Shown here: in pieces, positions 11,396 to 21,776 of the stretch | How positions within the stretch are numbered: the first letter of the stretch is position 1 | Layout: every line of letters begins with the position of its first letter | Assembly: GCA_051294375.1 (NCBI GenBank) | Contig: CM119263.1 | Location: 23,847,310 to 23,911,309, forward strand | Direction of reading: 5' to 3' | DNA: 64,000 nt | DNA from: Paraspadella gotoi | Lineage: Eukaryota > Animalia > Chaetognatha | The notes under the pieces: model-generated | Database searches by the model: none | What the model was told of the DNA's origin: nothing | The model's input: only the letters and a program-made list of their open reading frames with translations | Position numbers and translations under genes: made by a program

Positions 11396-13229
11396 CTCTT
11401 TTTTTTCTTCTCTCCATTCGCTTAATTTTTGTTACTGCTTCATTTTTACTCTTTTCAATTTTTAAAAATTTCTTCTTTTCTCTTTTATTTTTTTGAGTTT
11501 CGTGCTAAAGAAGAGATAACGAATGAAAAGGAAAACCGAGTCGACGTCAAGTTCAAACCAGAGAAGAGGAAGAGAAGGAAAAAAATTAAAAGGGAGGCGG
11601 ACAAAGCGAGCGCTAGTAAAATTAGGGAAAAACTGGAAATAAGAAAAAAAAATGAACTGAATAGAAAAAAGATGTATGAATGAACGATAAAAGCCAGGAG
11701 TAATAAAATAAATAAATAAAAAAATAAAAAATTAAAATAAGGGGATCTAAAAAAAAAAGCGAAAATAAACCAAGTCAAAGGAACTATGAGCAAAAAAAAA
11801 ACAAAACAAAAAAAAAACAAACCCGAAGATGTTTGTTCAATTTTCGTTCAAAAAAAGAAGCAATGTCGAAGGTGCTAAAAGTGAAAAAATGAAACCTAAA
11901 AAGAAAGTTAAAAAAATCTTTAAAAACATGTTGGAGCTTAGAACGATTTGTGAACTAGGAAAACAAAAACAAAGGTGACGACGACGACGACGACGTAAAT
12001 GGCGCTGACGGTGGAAACGAGCGAGACGATACTACGTTACGACGAAAATAAAAAATCAATTTAAGTTTCGATTTTATGTTATGACCCAATAAAAAAAGGT
12101 ATTCATATTTTTTTTTAAAGTAAATTAGGTAATAATTTCATTTTACAGTAAAAAAAAATATAACAATAAACAGATCATCTTTTTTGTTTGTATATAATAG
12201 TTAAACTAACGGCGTAATAACCTGGGGACTAAAAATAAAAACGCGAGAATAAAAAAAAGCAACAATAAAAAGAGAAAAAAAAAACGATAAACGAGAGTAA
12301 TAACCCAATGTGTCGCTTTCAATCGTCAACTTCCGTGGAAAACCGAGGTCAGTTCGACCTGACCATATTGAAAAGGGGAAAAAGAGAAGGGGGAGGGAGG
12401 GGAAACAAAAAAATGGATCAGCAGCTGTTTCTGTCGAGTAGGATCCTTCGCCGAAACTATTTTTATTTGTTATGCTTACTTATTTAACTCGAAATCAAAT
12501 TAAGTCTCCATCGATACCGACGACCATCATTTTCGTCGTCGTCGGCTGCTGTCGTCGTCTCCATCTTTGTTTATATGCCTCGTTCCCAGATCGAAACACG
12601 CCGCCGCGACGCGCGTTCGGGACACGAGAGGGATCGTCGTCGTCGTCGTCGTCGTTTCGGCGTTCTCATCCATCTGTTGACAATTAATGGTTCAAAATCT
12701 TAATAGCTGACTTTTTTTTTTCAACAAGCGGGAAAAAAAAAGTAATGTTGGAAGCAATTAAGACGATTTACTTCGAGAGTTTCGCTTCGCAAATCACACG
12801 TTTCCCCCCAGCAGGGAATGGCGTAAAAACAAGGAGGGCGTAAACCGACGAAATGATGGAAAAATCGAACTTGCAATGTCCAAAATTGGGAGACGCCATA
12901 ATTTAGAAAACGGAGAGACGCAATGACGGAATTCGGGGATTATAAATGACGGAAATTAGGATATACAATGACGGAATTAAGTGGACGCATCGATGGAAAT
13001 CGGCAGCTGAAACGACGAAAATTCAAAAAATAAAATGACGAAAAACTTTTAAAGACCAAATAACGAAAATCGGGATTTTTCGATGAGAAGCGAAAACGGA
13101 ATGAGCGGCCAAAGCGACGTCGTCGAAAAGTGCAACTCAATTCCAACAGTCTTCGTCGTCGTCGTCGTCGTCGTCGTCGCTGTTATCCTCTTTTCGCGGC
13201 AAACATCCGTCATCCTCGTCATTCAACTA

Positions 13230-14049
13230 CAAGGAGATCCACGGGTGCCGTTCTCAAAAGAATTTATTAGCTCAGTGACATATTTAAATAAAATTTTCAT
13301 TAATGTGCAAAATAATCAAAAGTCATGACACTTTTTTAGTACCCTCATCCTATTGAAAAATCAAAGGTTATGTCCAATGTAGAAAGGGAAAAGTTCCGAT
13401 CGCTTTTTTCAAGTTTTCTGATTTTCGAAATTCACTCACTGCTATTCAATACAGTTCTTGTATGGCAACAGCCGGGTTCCCTGTGATGCCCATTGGGATG
13501 GGGCATCTCACTGTTGGCTTTGGGGGCTTCCGACCCTCAGTGACGCCTCCAGTCACTGGCGCGGTTACCCTAGGACGGTCTCGCTTTGCCAACGCAGAGG
13601 GAAGTCCTGGATGGAACACAAAGACTGGGATGGTGTGTTACCCCTCGGAGGCAACGGCTGAGCAATGGTGGATGTGAAGCGGTAGTAATATACCGCCACA
13701 CTTGTCTCTTTTAGTTTTTTTAAGAGCCGGGCAAAGTCAAGAGCTTCCTGTCGACCATTGGTGACCATTCATTGAAAGTTAGTCAAGAAACTTTAAAAGA
13801 ATAGCGCAATTCAAGTTGAAAGTTTGTTCGAAGAAATTCAAAAAAATCAAAATTCTTTCTCGCCGTAAAAAATATCGTGTTCTTTCACTGTTAAATATGA
13901 AATGACCATGTCGTCACATGTTTTATAGAACGAGCACAGAAAAAAATTTCAGGCCTTTTCTAACTAATAAAATCTATATCATGACCAATGGATAGATTAT
14001 ATGGGTGCTGTAGCCATTTTTTTGAGGTCGGTGCCCGTGGATCTCCTTG
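13230..14049. mobile_element. Tc1/mariner-type non-autonomous element, 820 bp (repeated in the duplicated blocks near 24609, 32403 and 40333)
   Basis: Perfect 16-bp TIR CAAGGAGATCCACGGG / CCCGTGGATCTCCTTG extending imperfectly to ~30 bp. TA on both flanks (13228-13229, 14050-14051). Confidence 0.85.
13462..13705. repeat. Dispersed GC-rich structured repeat, copy A, with a Helitron/Helentron-like 3' hairpin and CTTGT end
   Basis: Homologous to 794-1581. Hairpins GATGCCC/GGGCATC, CAGTGAC/GTCACTG, AACAC/GTGTT and terminal TGTG-AA-GCGGTA gtaata TACCGC-CACA then CTTGT. Noisy duplicates at ~24857, ~32651, ~40581. Confidence 0.8.
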
Positions 14050-15177
14050 TAAGGGCTAGAGGAAACGGTCACACAGTCGAACTGCTTTCGGTTAGTACCT
14101 CTTCAAATCTTCTTTTTTTAGTTTTGGTCGTCGTCGTCATCGTCGTCATCGCCGTCATTTTCTCTTTCAAGTGAATCTATCCAGAACTCTTCCGTTGCAG
14201 CGTGCGCCCGCCAGCAAGTGCCTCCACATTTATCCGCGCATTTTTGATGTTTGCTATTCAAATTATTTGGGATTCTCTCTCGCGTTCGCCAATGTAAATT
14301 CCTATCCGAGTGATTTCATTTCAAACTTACTCGCTTTCATCCTATTGTCTCTCTTGTTTTTCCAGGACAGAATTCCGTTCATCGCATCTTTTCGTCCGAA
14401 TGTCTTATTGTCTGTGCTGGCGTTCGTTTGACTGTCAGTTCGAAAGCCGAACTTTCCATGGCACGTTAATGAGCTTTGGTGCTCGCCCAAACCGCTAACT
14501 CGCGCCGTCACGCCCATTTCTCGCGGGACTCGGAGAGAGAAAGAGNNNNNNNNNNNNNNNNNNNNNNNNNNNNNNNNNNNNNNNNNNNNNNNNNNNNNNN
14601 NNNNNNNNNNNNNNNNNNNNNNNNNNNNNNNNNNNNNNNNNNNNNNNNNNNNNNNNNNNNNNNNNNNNNNNNNNNNNNNNNNNNNNNNNNNNNNNNNNNN
14701 NNNNNNNNNNNNNNNNNNNNNNNNNNNNNNNNNNNNNNNNNNNNNNNNNNNNNNNNNNNNNNNNNNNNNNNNNNNNNNNNNNNNNNNNNNNNNNNNNNNN
14801 NNNNTCCGCCATTATCATTTTCTCCAGTCCAGTTCCTTGACCTTTTCCCTCCTCTTTCTTTCCTACTTTTCATTTCTTCCACCTCGCGCAAGCGCACGAC
14901 GCGTTTTCCACGTGCGTCTCTAGAATTCTGACTTCCGGTTTCGCGATTCCGTGAATTCCGATCACGCCCTCGCTTTTCACCGTCTCTGTCGTTCACGGGC
15001 GAATATCAAGATTAAACGTTAAAGCGAAAGAAAATAATAGTATTGTTTCATTCAATGCGAAATTTTTTTTACTTTTTACGTCTTTCACTTTCTGTCTCTC
15101 TTTCTCTGTCTGTCTATCTTTCTATGTGTCTCTCTGTCTGTCTTTCTCTCTCNNNNNNNNNNNNNNNNNNNNNNNNN

Positions 15178-15620
15178 TGTGTTTGAGTAGTTAGGTTTGA
15201 TTACTGGTAGTAGAGGGATGCCAAATGTTTGGTGAAATACCTTTACCGCGTCTAAATTATTCTTCTCCCTCCCCCCTCGGCTCCCGCGCTTCCCTCCAAT
15301 AGAATGTAGTATACAAGGGGGATTTGGACAGCGATTCGTACAGAGTTGGTAGATTACTTCTAGATTGAAAGGCCGGTGGGATCTGGGTATTTTTTGTAAG
15401 AGTCACAATATTTTTAGAGACAAATCCCGGTTTGATTTGTGTTGGGAGGAGGGAGGTGGGAGGCGTTTAAAAGAACTTTTGTTATGTAGGTTGTTATGGC
15501 ACTTTAGGGGAGATCGACGCGGGGGCCTCAAAATTCTCCGATTCTCATGCTTCACTGAATTGGATTTGAAGTAGGAGTGCTTTCTTCTTGACGAGGGCTG
15601 ATCTACTGATGAGTGGATTA
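15178..15620 (-). mobile_element. Penelope-like element remnant (GIY-YIG endonuclease region), frameshifted
   Basis: Across frameshifts: FQSR..VIYQLCTNRCP...FY/IG...NNL..R...H...LLPVIK..NYSN. This follows the PLE GIY-YIG pattern (S.NVIY...C..C....YIG....L..R...H......PV..HFN). Confidence 0.5.
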
Positions 15621-16616
15621 TCTGACGTGACTGACAAAGTTGAGCTGGACTTGTGGTCAACTCCATTGCAAAAGTTTCACCCGCGCCTATAAACACGTCA
15701 CCTTTGTCTTGACCAGGCAGACCCATTGAGTAATGACCATCGAGCTCGGGCTGGAATATTTAGATACGGTTTTAGATTTTAGTTAGAATTGATATGGATC
15801 ATTAAAAAGAATTTGATAGGAGACCCGGTAGTTTTAAAGTTAAGGTTGGTTAGATATAAAGATGAGAGGGTTGAGATAATTGTTATGATTAGTTAGGGAT
15901 GTAAGATTAGGATATGTAATATTATTAAAGATAGGAGGGGGTTTGAAAGATGGGCCTTAAAATTTTAATTCAGGAGGTTGAGGAAAAGAAATCGGGGCGC
16001 TTTCGGAAATAGTGGCCAATATTCCTGAAATTTTCATCAGAATATTGGAAAAAAAGAGAAAAAAAAAAAAGAGAGAAAAAAGCAATAAAGCCTTTCAGAC
16101 CCTAAAGCTGCAAAGTTCAACTTTATGTGAATTCAATAATAAAATTGAAGAAGTTGGAAATTTTGCCGAACAAATTTAGACTTGCGGAAAAGTTAGATTT
16201 GCTTTTGGTTTAAACCTTAACATGATAAAAATGGCCTTTTGTTGCATTAGATAAAGATTAAAAAAAAAAAGATTTAAATGATTGTTATGCAATTTTATAT
16301 TTTTTCCTTACATGTTCATTATCGACTCGAGCAGTGTTGACGTTGTCAAAGCGTCCGAAGTCGTCAGATATCGTTAATCTCGATGAACTCACAACAAGCC
16401 CTTGTTGGGTGTGTTGTTGGTTGCTTCATTTTTATCTGTTTACTTATTTTCGTTTGGTCCAAAGAGTCGATGAATGACCTTTTCAATGGCATTTTGAAAA
16501 CAGAAGAGAAAAATAGCGGAAGATGGTATGTGACCAAATTATAGGGATACGACTGGAGATGAAAAGCGAGGGGGAGAAAGGTTACTATTGAAATAGCATC
16601 CTCCTCTCTCTCTCCT

Positions 16617-16654
<38 letters not shown>

Positions 16655-18499
16655 TATCCTCCTTCGTCACGAAACTTCAGTCACTGGGATTCATCTATTT
16701 CTTTGTTCTTCTTTTTAAATCAATGTTACGTGTTTGAGAATAATTAAAAGCGATCAGTCTAGTTGAATTTGTTTTCGTTTCCTATAGTAAGAAGAAAATT
16801 TGGTTTGCTCAGCCCGTGGGAATTGTTGTGTCCGTGGCGGGCGGGGTGGGGCGGAGAGTTTTGGCGGGATCAAAACCGCTGAAACAAAACGCGACAGATG
16901 GAAAAAAAAAAAAACAAAAAAGACAAAAGAAATAAAAAGTTATGAAAAAAGAAGAAAGAAATAAAAAAAAAAAACAAAAAAAAAAATTTTGTCTTTAAAA
17001 TTTAGATTGGAGAGGTTGCTCCGAGGAGGAAGAGGGAGAAAGATCGATGGATGTATAATAAGGGAGATGGGGAAGGAGAGAAATGAGGAGGATAAGGAAG
17101 GAAAGAATAGAGAGAGGGGTTGGGGAGGGAGAGACATAGAATAAAACATAGAAATGAATGTAGTAGGTGATGGTACGGAACTGAGGACGGAGAGGAAAGA
17201 AGATTGAAGAAGAGAAATGAATGAGGAAGGATGAAGAGAGAAATGGAGATAGAAGGAGAGGAATAGAGGGGAGTACGAGTAAGAAGGTGGAAAGGGAGGG
17301 AGTGGGAATGAGGGAGGTTGATTTGAAGTATGAATGTCTGATGGAGAGGAGATTGAGGAGAGGAGGTGATGTGATGATGGGTTTGATTTGGTTGGTTTGG
17401 GAGAGATGTGATGGGGGAAGAGGGAGGGAGTGGAAAGAGTGGAAGTGGATGGAGGGAGGTGTGTAGTTGGTCCGGTGGGAGTGGAGAGAGGCGAGGTTGA
17501 GAGAGGAGCGTTGGGATGATTGTGAAGGTGAAGTTGGGTGGTGGGGAGGTGTGTTTTGTGTGTTGTCAGTGTCTTATGTCGTATGCCGGTGTGCACATGA
17601 GAGGAGAGAAGAGTGGATTGATGCTGTTCATTGATATGATCTCTCATTTGCCCCGGGCTAATGCGACTTCCTGATACTCGGCGACACCGTGGGACCGAAG
17701 TAATAGTCGTCTCATTCATCTTCCGGTCTTTCCGACTGGTACTCAGGAGCCTCTGTAATGGAAAAGAAGAGAATGAAATAAAAAAGAAAAAAGAAGAAAG
17801 AAAGGAAAGAAAAAGGAGGAGAGAAAAAAAGAATAATGAAAAGAAAAAAAGGATTAAAAAAAAAAAATAAATAGATAAAGAAAATAAAGTAAAATAAAGA
17901 ATGAAAAAAAGAAAAAGAAAAAATAAAGAGCGATGGCGGCGTGGAAATGGTTTCGCGTGTTGTTTTTTTTTGGATATCTCAAAAAAAAAGACGAAAAATT
18001 CGTTACTAAGCGGTGTGCGAGTCTGGGGAGTTTTTCAGATCTCGGGTGGTCGCTAGTGTGATTAAATTTAAAACAACTGAGGGATGGGATGAGAGGGAGG
18101 AAAAAAGAAGAAATGAAAGATGATAAGGGTATCCAGTGGATGAGAAGCTTTCGTGCGGTTGAAACGACGGACTAGAAGAAGAGTTGATATCTCAAAAGAT
18201 GTTTCAAGGGAGGAACGAAGAGACTGGAAAATGGGATTGACAAGAGAGGATAGGGGATGAGTGAAGGGAGCCTTGAATAAGACTTGAATAGATAGAAGAG
18301 TAGAATGTGGCCTAGAAAGAGAGCTGTTATACGATTCTCTGACATGGACGAGAACAAGGACTCAAGGAAGGAGAAGGGCGTGAGAGGATGAGGAAAAAAA
18401 TAGGGGGGGGGTAGTAGGAATAATGGGGAGGCGAGACGAGATGAAGAGAGGGAAGATCGCGAAAGATGTCTATACATACTATGGTATCTCCGGGCTGCT

Positions 18500-19109
18500 G
18501 GGATTGACCTCACCCTAGACGTTACGTCGTCTTACAGTACTATGAGTTATTGGAATATATCCTGTGACGGTTTTTCTGATATTTTACATGGTTGTCCGCA
18601 CACAATGGACTCTGCACTTTCCCACCATTTAATACTGACGTATTACGAGTAAGAAAACTTAGGTTCTCCCGCCAGGATGGCGAGATTTGAATAGCTATCT
18701 GGACCAGTCCGCTCCAGTTCGACCTCGACCTCGTCCATCCTCTTACTATCCGTGATACTTGGTCATTCTGTTCCCCACCTTCGCGCAGCAAGAGCGATCG
18801 ACGGCGGTTTCCATTCACGTAGTGAAGATATGAATGCATAGAGATAAAAAATGTGGTCTGCTCGGTCATGTCATAGCTTAGTTTCTTGACAACCCAGGGG
18901 AAGGAGGCTGACATCAATGGGTGGTTACTCTATCGAGAGGGGAAATGTCGGACCTCCCAGGGTTTCGGTGATTCCGTTGATGATCGGTGGAGATCATCCC
19001 GAGGCCGACTTCGCTTGCGTACTCGTGGTCGGAGTTTCACCGAGCGATAATTGAGCAAGATTAAAACGGTAATAGCCAGAAAGAAAGAAATATAGTATGG
19101 TGTTTTCAT
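18500..19109 (-). CDS. Frameshifted type II membrane protein, possibly a glycosyltransferase (GT92/DUF23-like)
   Basis: MKTPYYISFFLAITVLILLNYR signal anchor, a stem, then FYLYAF...SIVCGQP... in shifting frames. The sequence is single-read quality and the family call is weak. Confidence 0.3.
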
Positions 19110-19977
19110 TGACAATAGAGATCTAAAATATTTTGTTGATTATCTCGATATTCAGCGGTCTTTTCACTTTTCCTTCTTTGTCTCATTCTTTTCTGCGTGC
19201 TGTGTGGCGTAAGATGCTTTCTATTCAGGTAAGGTGTTCTTCCTCTGATTCGCTGATCTTCCTCTCTCTTCTTTCTCTATGTACTATCTCATCCTATCTA
19301 TCTAGTCTATGCTACTATCTATCTGTTTATCTATTCTAAGCTATACTGTCTCGTCTCTCTCTCTTCTCTACGATGCATCTCTCTCTTCTCTCTCCTCTCT
19401 TCGACGTTCTCTTCTCTCTTGCTTCCTCTCCTCTCTCTAATTATACTACTAAATAAAAGCTTATAAATATATATCTTTCTTGGTTACAGAAAATACGATG
19501 ATGTATAAGAAGAATAAAACTACGATAAAGACGACGACGATGATGAAGACGACTGAGACGACGACGACGACGACGACGTCTTCGTCTTCTTCGGCCTCAG
19601 GCTTTTCTCGCCAAAGATGGAATTGTTTTGGAGAGAGAGAAATTTGGCGCGACGACGACGTCCGACGATTTCGTGTTAAGACGAAGACTATTTTTTTTTT
19701 CAAGTCGAATCGAATTGTACGAGCCGACCAAAGATCGGACCGACAACGTTCGAACCGACCAGTTCGAACCGACAAAAGAAATTTCTTCGAAAAAAAAAAA
19801 AAAAAAAAAANNNNNNNNNNNNNNNNNNNNNNNNNNNNNNNNNNNNNNNNNNNNNNNNNNNNNNNNNNNNNNNNNNNNNNNNNNNNNNNNNNNNNNNNNN
19901 NNNNNNNNNNNNNNNNNCCCGAGAGAACTTTTTTGTTCCGTCGAACAACGCCTCGTGTCGGCAAATGAGCCCTTTTG

Positions 19978-20050
19978 CTCCGGCAATCAAAACCTTCCCT
20001 CCGGCAATCGAATCCTCCGCTCCGGCAACCGATTTCTCCGCTCCGGCAGG
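19978..20050. repeat. 21-bp period minisatellite (CTCCGGCAA core)
   Basis: CTCCGGCA starts at 19978, 19999, 20020 and 20041. Confidence 0.85.
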
Positions 20051-20059
20051 CCAATTCTC

Positions 20060-20500
20060 CCGCAAATGACGTCAAGCAGAGTCGATGGAAAGCTGGCAAC
20101 CTACTTTTCGGACCGACCGGGGCGCTGCTATCTGGAAAGCCAAAGATAAGGAGAACGGAAAAAAAAANNNNNNNNNNNNNNNNNNNNNNNNNNNNNNNNN
20201 NNNNNNNNNNNNNNNNNNNNNNNNNNNNNNNNNNNNNNNNNNNNNNNNNNNNNNNNNNNNNAAAAAAAAAAAAAAAAAGTGGAAAGGGAAAGAAAAGCGA
20301 CGCGACCCGCGACCGGGATTCTGTATCAGCGATTTTTCACGCACATTCGCGAAAAACAATGAAAACCTAGAAATCGATTGACGCCGGGCGGCGTGACGTT
20401 AGCTCTTTTCCTGTTCGTCGCCATTGTCATAATTCGGACTAGCGTTCCTTTTTAACTGCTACTTTCCTTCTGCGCATGCGCTGATGCGAGTTAGTGTAAA
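20060..20500. promoter_or_regulatory. CpG-rich candidate promoter with CRE and NRF1-like motifs
   Basis: TGACGTCA at 20067-20074, GTGACGT at 20393 and TGCGCATGCGC at 20471-20481, all retained in the noisy duplicates. Motif presence only. Confidence 0.3.
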
Positions 20501-20867
20501 AGTTTTCAATTGACGCGTAATATGACCAAAGCTTGACGAAGCTTACCTCGACTTTAACTTAAACGGATTATTCGGTCAACACATGAACACACATGAAAGC
20601 AAAAGTGATAAATGAATAATCAATCAATAACCGTCGATCAAATAACTACGCAATCTCGATATCAACGAATCGTCTTCGTCGTCTCTTCGTCACGAACGAC
20701 ATCTTCACCAGAAGTGACGCGCTCTTCATCAGGGCAAGAGTGAGAGGAGGAGGGAATGGTACGGCGGGAACGAGTTCGTCCGAAGACGTCAAATCGACTT
20801 CCGTTTTTTTTCTGCTCGCATAGTTAGTTTGAAGTGTCTAACTCGCGTCGGTCTGTTGCGGAGAGAG

Positions 20868-20906
<39 letters not shown>

Positions 20907-20913
20907 AGAAGAG

Positions 20914-20952
<39 letters not shown>

Positions 20953-21174
20953 AGAGCGAAGAAAGGGGAGGACTTTGTCCATCGGCATTTTCCGGCATCT
21001 CTCTCTTTTCTTCTTTTTCTTCCACGGCACTGAAGACCCGGACGCCCCTCTTCGGCGCCGACACGAACGACCACGCCATCGGTCGTACTACGGCTCGGCG
21101 AGAGACGGCACGAGGGGGCTAGCGAGGGCGCGTGCCGCCGCCCGGCCCCNNNNNNNNNNNNNNNNNNNNNNNNN

Positions 21175-21731
21175 AAAAAAGGAGGAGAGATTTAATATTT
21201 AAACCTTGAGAATTCTATTTTGGTATAACCAAGATCATAGTTTCTTAATAAAATCTTATTAGAATTTGGTCAGGTTGACGATTGGCTTAAAAAAACAAAT
21301 AATCTTCTAAATTTTAAGTCTTTTGTAATAATAATTTTTTAACCTTATTTATAAACCACAACAATAAATTGGAGTATTAAGGTTATTTAATAATTTTATT
21401 TTGATTAATTTAAGTATGCTGGCTGAATAACAGGCTCATTTTTTTTCCAAAAATTTTGAATTTTTAAAACCGGAAGTGGTACGACGCAAAAACCCTGGCG
21501 TGGAAAATCGCATCAAATGAGCTATTCGGGGAAATTTTTTATTGTGATATTCGTTTTTCTCCATAAATTTGGCACAAAGAAACTTTGCAGGTATCAGGAA
21601 CTTTCAAAAATGCATGTAAAAATTTCTGGGAAGCTCTAACACGGATCTGACTTTCTTTTATTACGTCACAATTTTTGGGTATAAAATTTGGGGTAGAGAA
21701 CAGTCTCTCGTCTCTCTCTCTCTCTCTCGTC

Positions 21732-21776
<45 letters not shown>

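Noticed and set aside
13540-13670. HDV-like ribozyme (GCC-TCC...GGC resembling P3/L3; copy B ends CCAATGGGA)
   Set aside because: P1 has a mismatch, no P1.1 GG follows, P2 cannot be formed, and the putative P3 is not conserved in copy B.
13462-13677. 71-aa ORF MATAGFPVMPIG... as a host gene
   Set aside because: It lies wholly in a dispersed repeat inside a MITE; the homologous copy is interrupted and has indels.
16300-16560. Ig-domain or GPCR-tail exon
   Set aside because: A GTAAGG donor suggests an exon, but the noisy frames support conflicting readings, so no product can be called.
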